From assembly GCF_009914755.1 (NCBI RefSeq), contig NC_060930.1: DNA of 64,000 bases, one strand, 5' to 3'. A program made the translations under genes and the position numbers. The DNA comes from the human T2T-CHM13v2.0 reference genome, Homo sapiens. Below, one piece after another: positions 38,101 to 51,985 of the stretch (position 1 is the stretch's first letter; every line of letters starts with the position of its first letter). A model generated the notes under the pieces. It did no database searches. It saw only the letters and a program-made list of their open reading frames with translations, and was not told the DNA's origin.

Positions 38101-40263
38101 ACATTCCTCTTGAGAGAGCAGTTTGGAAACACTCTTTCTGTAGAATCAGCTTGTTTGTATTTGGACCTCCTTGAGGCCTTCGTTGGAAACGGGTTTTCAT
38201 CTTATAAACCCAGACAGAAGAATTCTCAGAGTCTTCTTTGTGATGTGTGCTTTCAACTCACCGAGATAAAGATTTCTCTTGATAGAGCAATTTGGAAACA
38301 CTCTTTTTGTAGAATTTGCAAGGGTACATTGAGAGCGCTTTCAGGCCTATGGTAGAAAAGGGAATATCTTTCCATAAAAGGTAGACAGAAGCAATCTCAG
38401 AAACTACTTTGTGATGTGTGCATTCAACTCACCGAGTGCAACGTTCCTCTTGACCGAGCAGTTTGGAAACATTGTTTCTGTAGAATCTGCAAGTGGATAT
38501 TTGGACCTCTTTGAGGCCTTCGTTGGAAACGGGATTTCTTCCTATAAACCCAGACAGAAGAATTCTCAGAGACTTCTTTGTGATGTGTGAATTCAACTCA
38601 CAGTGTGGATCCTTCCTTTTGATAGAGCAGTTTTGAAACCCTGTTTTTGTAGTATTTCCAAGCGGATATTCGGAACGCCTTGAAGCGTATGGTAGAAAAG
38701 GAAATATCTTCCCATAAAACCTAGACAGAACCAATCTCAGAAACGACTTTGTGATGTCTGCATTCAAGTCACAGAGTTGAACATTTCTCTTGATAGAGCA
38801 GTTTTGAAACCCTCTTTCTGAAGGATCTGCAAGTGGATATTTGGAACTCCTTTGGGTCTTCGTTGGAAACGGGATTTCTTCGTATAAATCTAGACAGAAG
38901 AATTCTCAGAAACTTCCTTGTGATGTGTGCATTCAACTCAGCGAGTGGCACCTTCCTTTGGATACAGCAGTTTTGAAACACTGTTTTTGTAGTATTTCCA
39001 AGCGGATATTTAGAGCGCCTTGAAGCCTATGCTAGAAATGGAAATATCTCCCCATAAAACCAAGACGGAAGCAATCTCAGAAACTAATGTGTGATGGCTG
39101 CATTCCACACACACGGTGGACCATTTCTCTTGATAGAGCAGTTTTGAAACACTCTTTCTGTAGAATCTGCAAGTGGATAATTGGACCTCCTAGAGGCCTT
39201 CGTTGGAAACGGGATTTCTTCATCTAAACCTACAGAGAAGTATTCTCAGTAACTTCTTCGGATGTGTGCATTCGACGCACAGAATGGAACATTCCCTTTG
39301 ATAGAGCAGTTTTGAGACACCGTTTTTGTAGAATTCCCAAGTGGATATTTAGAGCACTTTGAAGTCTCTGCTAGAAAAGGAAACATCATCATGTAAAAAG
39401 TAGATAGAATCGTTCTCAGAAAGTGCTTAGTGTCGTGTGCGTTCAACTCACAGAGTTTAACGTTTCTTTTGATAGAGCGTTTCTGAAACACCCTTCTTGT
39501 AGTAGCTGCAAGTGGATATTTGGACCTATTGGAGGCCTTCTTTGGAAACGGGATTTCTTCATGTAACTCTAGATTGAAGAATTCTCAGAAACTCCTTTGT
39601 GATGTGTGCATTCAATTCAAAGAGTGAAACCTCCCTTTTCACAGAGCAGTTTTGAAACACTGTTTTTGTAGGATTTCCAAGGGGATATTTATAGCGCATT
39701 GAGCCTACGGCGGAAAAAGAAACATCTTCCTATAAAAACTAGACAGAATACTTCTCAGAATCTGCTTTGCGATGTGTGCGTTCAACTCACAGAGTAAAAC
39801 TTTTCTTTTGATAGAGCAGTTTTGAAACACTCTTTTTGTAGTATTTGCATGTGTATATTTAGAGCGCATTGAAGCCCACAGTAGAAAAGGAAATAACTTC
39901 ACCTAAAACCTAGACAGAAGCAATCTCAGAAACTACTTTGTGATGTGTACATTCAACTCACAGAGTGGAACTTTCCTCTTTATAGAGCAGTGTTGAAACA
40001 CTCTTTTTGTAGAAACTGCAAGTGGATATTTGGACCTCTTTGAGGCCTTCGTTGGAAACGGGATTTCTTCCTATAACCCTAGACAGAAGAATTTTCAGAA
40101 ACCTCATTGTGATGTGTGCGTTCATCTCACAGAGTGGAGTCTTCCGTTTGATAGAGAAGTTTTGAAACCCTGTTCTTGTAGGATTTCCAAGTGGATATTT
40201 AGACCACTTTGAAGCCTATGATAGAAAAGGAAACATCTTCATGGAAAACATAGATAGAATCAT
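35162..40263 (+). repeat. Two adjacent type II 15-mer HORs (units 13-14)
   Basis: Spacing 2551 twice; junctions at 36336-36356 and 38887-38907. Confidence 0.95.
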
Positions 40264-43200
40264 CCTCAGAAACAACTTTGTGATGTGTGCGTTGAACTCA
40301 CCGTCTTTAACCTTTCTTTTGGTAGAGAAGTTTTGAAACACTCTCTTTGTAAAGTCTACAAGTGGATATTTTGAGCCCTTGGAGGCATTCTTTGGAAAAG
40401 GGAATGTCTTCACATAAAAGGCAGACGGAAGTGTTCTCAGAAACTGCTTTGTGATGTCTGTGTTCAACTCACAGAGTTTAACATTTCCTTTGATAGAGCG
40501 GTTTAGTAACCCTCTCTTTGTAGAATTTGGAAGTGTATACTAAGAGCGCTTTGAGGCCTATGGTAGAAAAGGAAATATCTTTCCATAAAAGCTAGACAGA
40601 AGCAATCTCAGAAACTCCTTTGTGATGTCTGCATTCAACTCACCGAGTGGAACATTCCTCTTGAGAGAGCAGTTTGGAAACACTCTTTCTGTAGAATCAG
40701 CTTGTTTGTATTTGGACCTCCTTGAGGCCTTCGTTGGAAACGGGTTTTCATCTTATAAACCCAGACAGAAGAATTCTCAGAGTCTTCTTTGTGATGTGTG
40801 CTTTCAACTCACCGAGATAAAGATTTCTCTTGATAGAGCAATTTGGAAACACTCTTTTTGTAGAATTTGCAAGGGTACATTGAGAGCGCTTTCAGGCCTA
40901 TGGTAGAAAAGGGAATATCTTTCCATAAAAGGTAGACAGAAGCAATCTCAGAAACTACTTTGTGATGTGTGCATTCAACTCACCGAGTGCAACGTTCCTC
41001 TTGACCGAGCAGTTTGGAAACATTGTTTCTGTAGAATCTGCAAGTGGATATTTGGACCTCTTTGAGGCCTTCGTTGGAAACGGGATTTCTTCCTATAAAC
41101 CCAGACAGAAGAATTCTCAGAGACTTCTTTGTGATGTGTGAATTCAACTCACAGTGTGGATCCTTCCTTTTGATAGAGCAGTTTTGAAACCCTGTTTTTG
41201 TAGTATTTCCAAGCGGATATTTGGAACGCCTTGAAGCGTATGGTAGAAAAGGAAATATCTTCCCATAAAACCTAGACAGAACCAATCTCAGAAACGACTT
41301 TGTGATGTCTGCATTCAAGTCACAGAGTTGAACATTTCTCTTGATAGAGCAGTTTTGAAACCCTCTTTCTGAAGGATCTGCAAGTGGATATTTGGAACTC
41401 CTTTGGGTCTTCGTTGGAAACGGGATTTCTTCGTATAAATCTAGACAGAAGAATTCTCCGAAACTTCTTTGGTTGTGTGCATTCAAGTCACAGAGTGGAA
41501 CCTTCCTTTGGATAGAGCAGTTTGAAACGCCGTGGTTGTAGTATTTCCAAGCGGATATTAGAGCGCCTTGAGGCCTATGGTAGAAAAGGAAATATCTTCC
41601 CATAAAACCTAGACGGAAGCAATCTCAGAAACTACTGTGTGATGGCTGCATTCCACACACACGGTGGAACATTTCTCTTGATAGAGCAGTTTTGAAACAC
41701 TCTTTCTGTAGAATCTGCAAGTGGATAATTGGACCGCCTTGAGGCCTTCGTTGGAAACGGGATTTCTTCATGTTACTCTAGATAGAAGAATTCTCAAACA
41801 CTGCTATGTGATGTTTGCATTCAAGTCACAGAGTGCAACATTCCTCTTGGTAGAGCAGTTGGGAAACACTCCTTTTGTAGAATCTGCAATGGGATATTTG
41901 GACTTCTTTGAGGCCTTCGTTGGAAACGGGATTTCTTCGTATGAATCTAGACAGAAGAATTCTCAGAAACTTCCTTGTGATGTGTGCATTCAACTCAGCG
42001 AGTGGCACCTTCCTTTGGATACAGCAGTTTTGAAACACTGTTTTTGTAGTATTTCCAAGCGGATATTTAGAGCGCCTTGAAGCCTATGCTAGAAATGGAA
42101 ATATCTCCCCATAAAACCAAGACAGAAGCAATCTCAGAAACTAATGTGTGATGGCTGCATTCCACACACACGGTGGACCATTTCTCTTGATAGAGCAGTT
42201 TTGAAACACTCTTTCTGTAGAATCTGCAAGTGGATAATTGGACCTCCTAGAGGCCTTCGTTGGAAACGGGATTTCTTCATCTAAACCTACAGAGAAGAAT
42301 TCTCAGTAACTTCTTCGGATGTGTGCATTCGACGCACAGAATGGAACATTCCCTTTGATAGAGCAGTTTTGAGACACCGTTTTTGTAGAATTCCCAAGTG
42401 GATATTTAGAGCACTTTGAAGTCTCTGCTAGAAAAGGAAACATCTTCATGTAAAAAGTAGATAGAATCGTTCTCAGAAAGTGCTTAGTGTCGTGTGCGTT
42501 CAACTCACAGAGTTTAACGTTTCTTTTGATAGAGCGTTTCTGAAACACCCTTCTTGTAGTAGCTGCAAGTGGATATTTGGACCTATTGGAGGCCTTCTTT
42601 GGAAATGGGATTTCTTCATGTAACTCTAGATTGAAGAGTTCTCAGAAACTCCTTTGTGATGTGTGCATTCAATTCAAAGAGTGAAACCTCCCTTTTCACA
42701 GAGCAGTTTTGAAACACTGTTTTTGTAGGATTTCCAAGGGGATATTTATAGCGCATTGAGCCTACGGCGGAAAAAGAAACATCTTCCTATAAAAACTAGA
42801 CAGAATACTTCTCAGAATCTGCTTTGCGATGTGTGCGTTCAACTCACAGAGTAAAACTTTTCTTTTGATAGAGCAGTTTTGAAACACTCTTTTTGTAGTA
42901 TTTGCATGTGTATATTTAGAGCGCATTGAAGCCCACAGTAGAAAAGGAAATAACTTCACCTAAAACCTAGACAGAAGCAATCTCAGAAACTACTTTGTGA
43001 TGTGTACATTCAACTCACAGAGTGGAACTTTCCTCTTTATAGAGCAGTGTTGAAACACTCTTTTTGTAGAAACTGCAAGTGGATATTTGGACCTCTTTGA
43101 GGCCTTCGTTGGAAACGGGATTTCTTCCTATAACCCTAGACAGAAGAATTTTCAGAAACCTCATTGTGATGTGTGCGTTCATCTCACAGAGTGGAGTCTT

Positions 43201-46200
43201 CCGTTTGATAGAGAAGTTTTGAAACCCTGTTCTTGTAGGATTTCCAAGTGGATATTTAGACCACTTTGAAGCCTATGATAGAAAAGGAAACATCTTCATG
43301 GAAAACATAGATAGAATCATCCTCAGAAACAACTTTGTGATGTGTGCGTTGAACTCACCGTCTTTAACCTTTCTTTTGGTAGAGAAGTTTTGAAACACTC
43401 TCTTTGTAAAGTCTACAAGTGGATATTTTGAGCCCTTGGAGGCATTCTTTGGAAAAGGGAATGTCTTCACATAAAAGGCAGACGGAAGTGTTCTCAGAAA
43501 CTGCTTTGTGATGTCTGTGTTCAACTCACAGAGTTTAACATTTCCTTTGATAGAGCGGTTTAGTAACCCTCTCTTTGTAGAATTTGGAAGTGTATACTAA
43601 GAGCGCTTTGAGGCCTATGGTAGAAAAGGAAATATCTTTCCATAAAAGCTAGACAGAAGCAATCTCAGAAACTCCTTTGTGATGTCTGCATTCAACTCAC
43701 CGAGTGGAACATTCCTCTTGAGAGAGCAGTTTGGAAACACTCTTTCTGTAGAATCAGCTTGTTTGTATTTGGACCTCCTTGAGGCCTTCGTTGGAAACGG
43801 GTTTTCATCTTATAAACCCAGACAGAAGAATTCTCAGAGTCTTCTTTGTGATGTGTGCTTTCAACTCACCGAGATAAAGATTTCTCTTGATAGAGCAATT
43901 TGGAAACACTCTTTTTGTAGAATTTGCAAGGGTACATTGAGAGCGCTTTCAGGCCTATGGTAGAAAAGGGAATATCTTTCCATAAAAGGTAGACAGAAGC
44001 AATCTCAGAAACTACTTTGTGATGTGTGCATTCAACTCACCGAGTGCAACGTTCCTCTTGACCGAGCAGTTTGGAAACATTGTTTCTGTAGAATCTGCAA
44101 GTGGATATTTGGACCTCTTTGAGGCCTTCGTTGGAAACGGGATTTCTTCCTATAAACCCAGACAGAAGAATTCTCAGAGACTTCTTTGTGATGTGTGAAT
44201 TCAACTCACAGTGTGGATCCTTCCTTTTGATAGAGCAGTTTTGAAACCCTGTTTTTGTAGTATTTCCAAGCGGATATTTGGAACGCCTTGAAGCGTATGG
44301 TAGAAAAGGAAATATCTTCCCATAAAACCTAGACAGAACCAATCTCAGAAACGACTTTGTGATGTCTGCATTCAAGTCACAGAGTTGAACATTTCTCTTG
44401 ATAGAGCAGTTTTGAAACCCTCTTTCTGAAGGATCTGCAAGTGGATATTTGGAACTCCTTTGGGTCTTCGTTGGAAACGGGATTTCTTCGTATAAATCTA
44501 GACAGAAGAATTCTCCGAAACTTCTTTGGTTGTGTGCATTCAAGTCACAGAGTGGAACCTTCCTTTGGATAGAGCAGTTTGAAACGCCGTGGTTGTAGTA
44601 TTTCCAAGCGGATATTAGAGCGCCTTGAGGCCTATGGTAGAAAAGGAAATATCTTCCCATAAAACCTAGACGGAAGCAATCTCAGAAACTACTGTGTGAT
44701 GGCTGCATTCCACACACACGGTGGAACATTTCTCTTGATAGAGCAGTTTTGAAACACTCTTTCTGTAGAATCTGCAAGTGGATAATTGGACCGCCTTGAG
44801 GCCTTCGTTGGAAACGGGATTTCTTCATGTTACTCTAGATAGAAGAATTCTCAAACACTGCTATGTGATGTTTGCATTCAAGTCACAGAGTGCAACATTC
44901 CTCTTGGTAGAGCAGTTGGGAAACACTCCTTTTGTAGAATCTGCAATGGGATATTTGGACTTCTTTGAGGCCTTCGTTGGAAACGGGATTTCTTCGTATG
45001 AATCTAGACAGAAGAATTCTCAGAAACTTCCTTGTGATGTGTGCATTCAACTCAGCGAGTGGCACCTTCCTTTGGATACAGCAGTTTTGAAACACTGTTT
45101 TTGTAGTATTTCCAAGCGGATATTTAGAGCGCCTTGAAGCCTATGCTAGAAATGGAAATATCTCCCCATAAAACCAAGACAGAAGCAATCTCAGAAACTA
45201 ATGTGTGATGGCTGCATTCCACACACACGGTGGACCATTTCTCTTGATAGAGCAGTTTTGAAACACTCTTTCTGTAGAATCTGCAAGTGGATAATTGGAC
45301 CTCCTAGAGGCCTTCGTTGGAAACGGGATTTCTTCATCTAAACCTACAGAGAAGAATTCTCAGTAACTTCTTCGGATGTGTGCATTCGACGCACAGAATG
45401 GAACATTCCCTTTGATAGAGCAGTTTTGAGACACCGTTTTTGTAGAATTCCCAAGTGGATATTTAGAGCACTTTGAAGTCTCTGCTAGAAAAGGAAACAT
45501 CTTCATGTAAAAAGTAGATAGAATCGTTCTCAGAAAGTGCTTAGTGACGTGTGCGTTCAACTCACAGAGTTTAACGTTTCTTTTGATAGAGCGTTTCTGA
45601 AACACCCTTCTTGTAGTAGCTGCAAGTGGATATTTGGACCTATTGGAGGCCTTCTTTGGAAATGGGATTTCTTCATGTAACTCTAGATTGAAGAGTTCTC
45701 AGAAACTCCTTTGTGATGTGTGCATTCAATTCAAAGAGTGAAACCTCCCTTTTCACAGAGCAGTTTTGAAACACTGTTTTTGTAGGATTTCCAAGGGGAT
45801 ATTTATAGCGCATTGAGCCTACGGCGGAAAAAGAAACATCTTCCTATAAAAACTAGACAGAATACTTCTCAGAATCTGCTTTGCGATGTGTGCGTTCAAC
45901 TCACAGAGTAAAACTTTTCTTTTGATAGAGCAGTTTTGAAACACTCTTTTTGTAGTATTTGCATGTGTATATTTAGAGCGCATTGAAGCCCACAGTAGAA
46001 AAGGAAATAACTTCACCTAAAACCTAGACAGAAGCAATCTCAGAAACTACTTTGTGATGTGTACATTCAACTCACAGAGTGGAACTTTCCTCTTTATAGA
46101 GCAGTGTTGAAACACTCTTTTTGTAGAAACTGCAAGTGGATATTTGGACCTCTTTGAGGCCTTCGTTGGAAACGGGATTTCTTCCTATAACCCTAGACAG

Positions 46201-49200
46201 AAGAATTTTCAGAAACCTCATTGTGATGTGTGCGTTCATCTCACAGAGTGGAGTCTTCCGTTTGATAGAGAAGTTTTGAAACCCTGTTCTTGTAGGATTT
46301 CCAAGTGGATATTTAGACCACTTTGAAGCCTATGATAGAAAAGGAAACATCTTCATGGAAAACATAGATAGAATCATCCTCAGAAACAACTTTGTGATGT
46401 GTGCGTTGAACTCACCGTCTTTAACCTTTCTTTTGGTAGAGAAGTTTTGAAACACTCTCTTTGTAAAGTCTACAAGTGGATATTTTGAGCCCTTGGAGGC
46501 ATTCTTTGGAAAAGGGAATGTCTTCACATAAAAGGCAGACGGAAGTGTTCTCAGAAACTGCTTTGTGATGTCTGTGTTCAACTCACAGAGTTTAACATTT
46601 CCTTTGATAGAGCGGTTTAGTAACCCTCTCTTTGTAGAATTTGGAAGTGTATACTAAGAGCGCTTTGAGGCCTATGGTAGAAAAGGAAATATCTTTCCAT
46701 AAAAGCTAGACAGAAGCAATCTCAGAAACTCCTCTGTGATGTCTGCATTCAACTCACCGAGTGGAACATTCCTCTTGAGAGAGCAGTTTGGAAACACTCT
46801 TTCTGTAGAATCAGCTTGTTTGTATTTGGACCTCCTTGAGGCCTTCGTTGGAAACGGGTTTTCATCTTATAAACCCAGACAGAAGAATTCTCAGAGTCTT
46901 CTTTGTGATGTGTGCTTTCAACTCACCGAGATAAAGATTTCTCTTGATAGAGCAATTTGGAAACACTCTTTTTGTAGAATTTGCAAGGGTACATTGAGAG
47001 CGCTTTCAGGCCTATGGTAGAAAAGGGAATATCTTTCCATAAAAGGTAGACAGAAGCAATCTCAGAAACTACTTTGTGATGTGTGCATTCAACTCACCGA
47101 GTGCAACGTTCCTCTTGACCGAGCAGTTTGGAAACATTGTTTCTGTAGAATCTGCAAGTGGATATTTGGACCTCTTTGAGGCCTTCGTTGGAAACGGGAT
47201 TTCTTCCTATAAACCCAGACAGAAGAATTCTCAGAGACTTCTTTGTGATGTGTGAATTCAACTCACAGTGTGGATCCTTCCTTTTGATAGAGCAGTTTTG
47301 AAACCCTGTTTTTGTAGTATTTCCAAGCGGATATTTGGAACGCCTTGAAGCGTATGGTAGAAAAGGAAATATCTTCCCATAAAACCTAGACAGAACCAAT
47401 CTCAGAAACGACTTTGTGATGTCTGCATTCAAGTCACAGAGTTGAACATTTCTCTTGATAGAGCAGTTTTGAAACCCTCTTTCTGAAGGATCTGCAAGTG
47501 GATATTTGGAACTCCTTTGGGTCTTCGTTGGAAACGGGATTTCTTCGTATAAATCTAGACAGAAGAATTCTCCGAAACTTCTTTGGTTGTGTGCATTCAA
47601 GTCACAGAGTGGAACCTTCCTTTGGATAGAGCAGTTTGAAACGCCGTGGTTGTAGTATTTCCAAGCGGATATTAGAGCGCCTTGAGGCCTATGGTAGAAA
47701 AGGAAATATCTTCCCATAAAACCTAGACGGAAGCAATCTCAGAAACTACTGTGTGATGGCTGCATTCCACACACACGGTGGAACATTTCTCTTGATAGAG
47801 CAGTTTTGAAACACTCTTTCTGTAGAATCTGCAAGTGGATAATTGGACCGCCTTGAGGCCTTCGTTGGAAACGGGATTTCTTCATGTTACTCTAGATAGA
47901 AGAATTCTCAAACACTGCTATGTGATGTTTGCATTCAAGTCACAGAGTGCAACATTCCTCTTGGTAGAGCAGTTGGGAAACACTCCTTTTGTAGAATCTG
48001 CAATGGGATATTTGGACTTCTTTGAGGCCTTCGTTGGAAACGGGATTTCTTCGTATGAATCTAGACAGAAGAATTCTCAGAAACTTCCTTGTGATGTGTG
48101 CATTCAACTCAGCGAGTGGCACCTTCCTTTGGATACAGCAGTTTTGAAACACTGTTTTTGTAGTATTTCCAAGCGGATATTTAGAGCGCCTTGAAGCCTA
48201 TGCTAGAAATGGAAATATCTCCCCATAAAACCAAGACAGAAGCAATCTCAGAAACTAATGTGTGATGGCTGCATTCCACACACACGGTGGACCATTTCTC
48301 TTGATAGAGCAGTTTTGAAACACTCTTTCTGTAGAATCTGCAAGTGGATAATTGGACCTCCTAGAGGCCTTCGTTGGAAACGGGATTTCTTCATCTAAAC
48401 CTACAGAGAAGAATTCTCAGTAACTTCTTCGGATGTGTGCATTCGACGCACAGAATGGAACATTCCCTTTGATAGAGCAGTTTTGAGACACCGTTTTTGT
48501 AGAATTCCCAAGTGGATATTTAGAGCACTTTGAAGTCTCTGCTAGAAAAGGAAACATCTTCATGTAAAAAGTAGATAGAATCGTTCTCAGAAAGTGCTTA
48601 GTGTCGTGTGCGTTCAACTCACAGAGTTTAACGTTTCTTTTGATAGAGCGTTTCTGAAACACCCTTCTTGTAGTAGCTGCAAGTGGATATTTGGACCTAT
48701 TGGAGGCCTTCTTTGGAAATGGGATTTCTTCATGTAACTCTAGATTGAAGAGTTCTCAGAAACTCCTTTGTGATGTGTGCATTCAATTCAAAGAGTGAAA
48801 CCTCCCTTTTCACAGAGCAGTTTTGAAACACTGTTTTTGTAGGATTTCCAAGGGGATATTTATAGCGCATTGAGCCTACGGCGGAAAAAGAAACATCTTC
48901 CTATAAAAACTAGACAGAATACTTCTCAGAATCTGCTTTGCGATGTGTGCGTTCAACTCACAGAGTAAAACTTTTCTTTTGATAGAGCAGTTTTGAAACA
49001 CTCTTTTTGTAGTATTTGCATGTGTATATTTAGAGCGCATTGAAGCCCACAGTAGAAAAGGAAATAACTTCACCTAAAACCTAGACAGAAGCAATCTCAG
49101 AAACTACTTTGTGATGTGTACATTCAACTCACAGAGTGGAACTTTCCTCTTTATAGAGCAGTGTTGAAACACTCTTTTTGTAGAAACTGCAAGTGGATAT

Positions 49201-49434
49201 TTGGACCTCTTTGAGGCCTTCGTTGGAAACGGGATTTCTTCCTATAACCCTAGACAGAAGAATTTTCAGAAACCTCATTGTGATGTGTGCGTTCATCTCA
49301 CAGAGTGGAGTCTTCCGTTTGATAGAGAAGTTTTGAAACCCTGTTCTTGTAGGATTTCCAAGTGGATATTTAGACCACTTTGAAGCCTATGATAGAAAAG
49401 GAAACATCTTCATGGAAAACATAGATAGAATCAT
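40264..49434 (+). repeat. Three 18-mer HOR copies (units 15-17)
   Basis: 3,057-bp spacing of landmarks. Confidence 0.95.
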
Positions 49435-51985
49435 CCTCAGAAACAACTTTGTGATGTGTGCGTTGAACTCACCGTCTTTAACCTTTCTTTTGGTAGAGAA
49501 GTTTTGAAACACTCTCTTTGTAAAGTCTACAAGTGGATATTTTGAGCCCTTGGAGGCATTCTTTGGAAAAGGGAATGTCTTCACATAAAAGGCAGACGGA
49601 AGTGTTCTCAGAAACTGCTTTGTGATGTCTGTGTTCAACTCACAGAGTTTAACATTTCCTTTGATAGAGCGGTTTAGTAACCCTCTCTTTGTAGAATTTG
49701 GAAGTGTATACTAAGAGCGCTTTGAGGCCTATGGTAGAAAAGGAAATATCTTTCCATAAAAGCTAGACAGAAGCAATCTCAGAAACTCCTTTGCGATGTC
49801 TGCATTCAACTCACCGAGTGGAACATTCCTCTTGAGAGAGCAGTTTGGAAACACTCTTTCTGTAGAATCAGCTTGTTTGTATTTGGACCTCCTTGAGGCC
49901 TTCGTTGGAAACGGATTTTCATCTTATAAACCCAGACAGAAGAATTCTCAGAGTCTTCTTTGTGATGTGTGCTTTCAACTCACCGAGATAAAGATTTCTC
50001 TTGATAGAGCAATTTGGAAACACTCTTTTTGTAGAATTTGCAAGGGTACATTGAGAGCGCTTTCAGGCCTATGGTAGAAAAGGGAATATCTTTCCATAAA
50101 AGGTAGACAGAAGCAATCTCAGAAACTACTTTGTGATGTGTGCATTCAACTCACCGAGTGCAACGTTCCTCTTGACCGAGCAGTTTGGAAACATTGTTTC
50201 TGTAGAATCTGCAAGTGGATATTTGGACCTCTTTGAGGCCTTCGTTGGAAACGGGATTTCTTCCTATAAACCCAGACAGAAGAATTCTCAGAGACTTCTT
50301 TGTGATGTGTGAATTCAACTCACAGTGTGGATCCTTCCTTTTGATAGAGCAGTTTTGAAACCCTGTTTTTGTAGTATTTCCAAGCGGATATTCGGAACGC
50401 CTTGAAGCGTATGGTAGAAAAGGAAATATCTTCCCATAAAACCTAGACAGAACCAATCTCAGAAACGACTTTGTGATGTCTGCATTCAAGTCACAGAGTT
50501 GAACATTTCTCTTGATAGAGCAGTTTTGAAACCCTCTTTCTGAAGGATCTGCAAGTGGATATTTGGAACTCCTTTGGGTCTTCGTTGGAAACGGGATTTC
50601 TTCGTATAAATCTAGACAGAAGAATTCTCAGAAACTTCCTTGTGATGTGTGCATTCAACTCAGCGAGTGGCACCTTCCTTTGGATACAGCAGTTTTGAAA
50701 CACTGTTTTTGTAGTATTTCCAAGCGGATATTTAGAGCGCCTTGAAGCCTATGCTAGAAATGGAAATATCTCCCCATAAAACCAAGACGGAAGCAATCTC
50801 AGAAACTAATGTGTGATGGCTGCATTCCACACACACGGTGGACCATTTCTCTTGATAGAGCAGTTTTGAAACACTCTTTCTGTAGAATCTGCAAGTGGAT
50901 AATTGGACCTCCTAGAGGCCTTCGTTGGAAACGGGATTTCTTCATCTAAACCTACAGAGAAGTATTCTCAGTAACTTCTTCGGATGTGTGCATTCGACGC
51001 ACAGAATGGAACATTCCCTTTGATAGAGCAGTTTTGAGACACCGTTTTTGTAGAATTCCCAAGTGGATATTTAGAGCACTTTGAAGTCTCTGCTAGAAAA
51101 GGAAACATCATCATGTAAAAAGTAGATAGAATCGTTCTCAGAAAGTGCTTAGTGTCGTGTGCGTTCAACTCACAGAGTTTAACGTTTCTTTTGATAGAGC
51201 GTTTCTGAAACACCCTTCTTGTAGTAGCTGCAAGTGGATATTTGGACCTATTGGAGGCCTTCTTTGGAAACGGGATTTCTTCATGTAACTCTAGATTGAA
51301 GAATTCTCAGAAACTCCTTTGTGATGTGTGCATTCAATTCAAAGAGTGAAACCTCTCTTTTCACAGAGCAGTTTTGAAACACTGTTTTTGTAGGATTTCC
51401 AAGGGGATATTTATAGCGCATTGAGCCTACGGCGGAAAAAGAAACATCTTCCTATAAAAACTAGACAGAATACTTCTCAGAATCTGCTTTGCGATGTGTG
51501 CGTTCAACTCACAGAGTAAAACTTTTCTTTTGATAGAGCAGTTTTGAAACACTCTTTTTGTAGTATTTGCATGTGTATATTTAGAGCGCATTGAAGCCCA
51601 CAGTAGAAAAGGAAATAACTTCACCTAAAACCTAGACAGAAGCAATCTCAGAAACTACTTTGTGATGTGTACATTCAACTCACAGAGTGGAACTTTCCTC
51701 TTTATAGAGCAGTGTTGAAACACTCTTTTTGTAGAAACTGCAAGTGGATATTTGGACCTCTTTGAGGCCTTCGTTGGAAACGGGATTTCTTCCTATAACC
51801 CTAGACAGAAGAATTTTCAGAAACCTCATTGTGATGTGTGCGTTCATCTCACAGAGTGGAGTCTTCCGTTTGATAGAGAAGTTTTGAAACCCTGTTCTTG
51901 TAGGATTTCCAAGTGGATATTTAGACCACTTTGAAGCCTATGATAGAAAAGGAAACATCTTCATGGAAAACATAGATAGAATCAT
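49435..51985 (+). repeat. 15-mer HOR variant type II, unit 18
   Basis: Spacing 2551; junction at 50609-50629. Confidence 0.95.

Noticed and set aside
12229-51985. Order of 18-mers and 15-mers as a possible code or novel biological system
   Set aside because: The order is explained by ordinary deletion, unequal exchange and block duplication; nothing in the sequence supports an encoded function.
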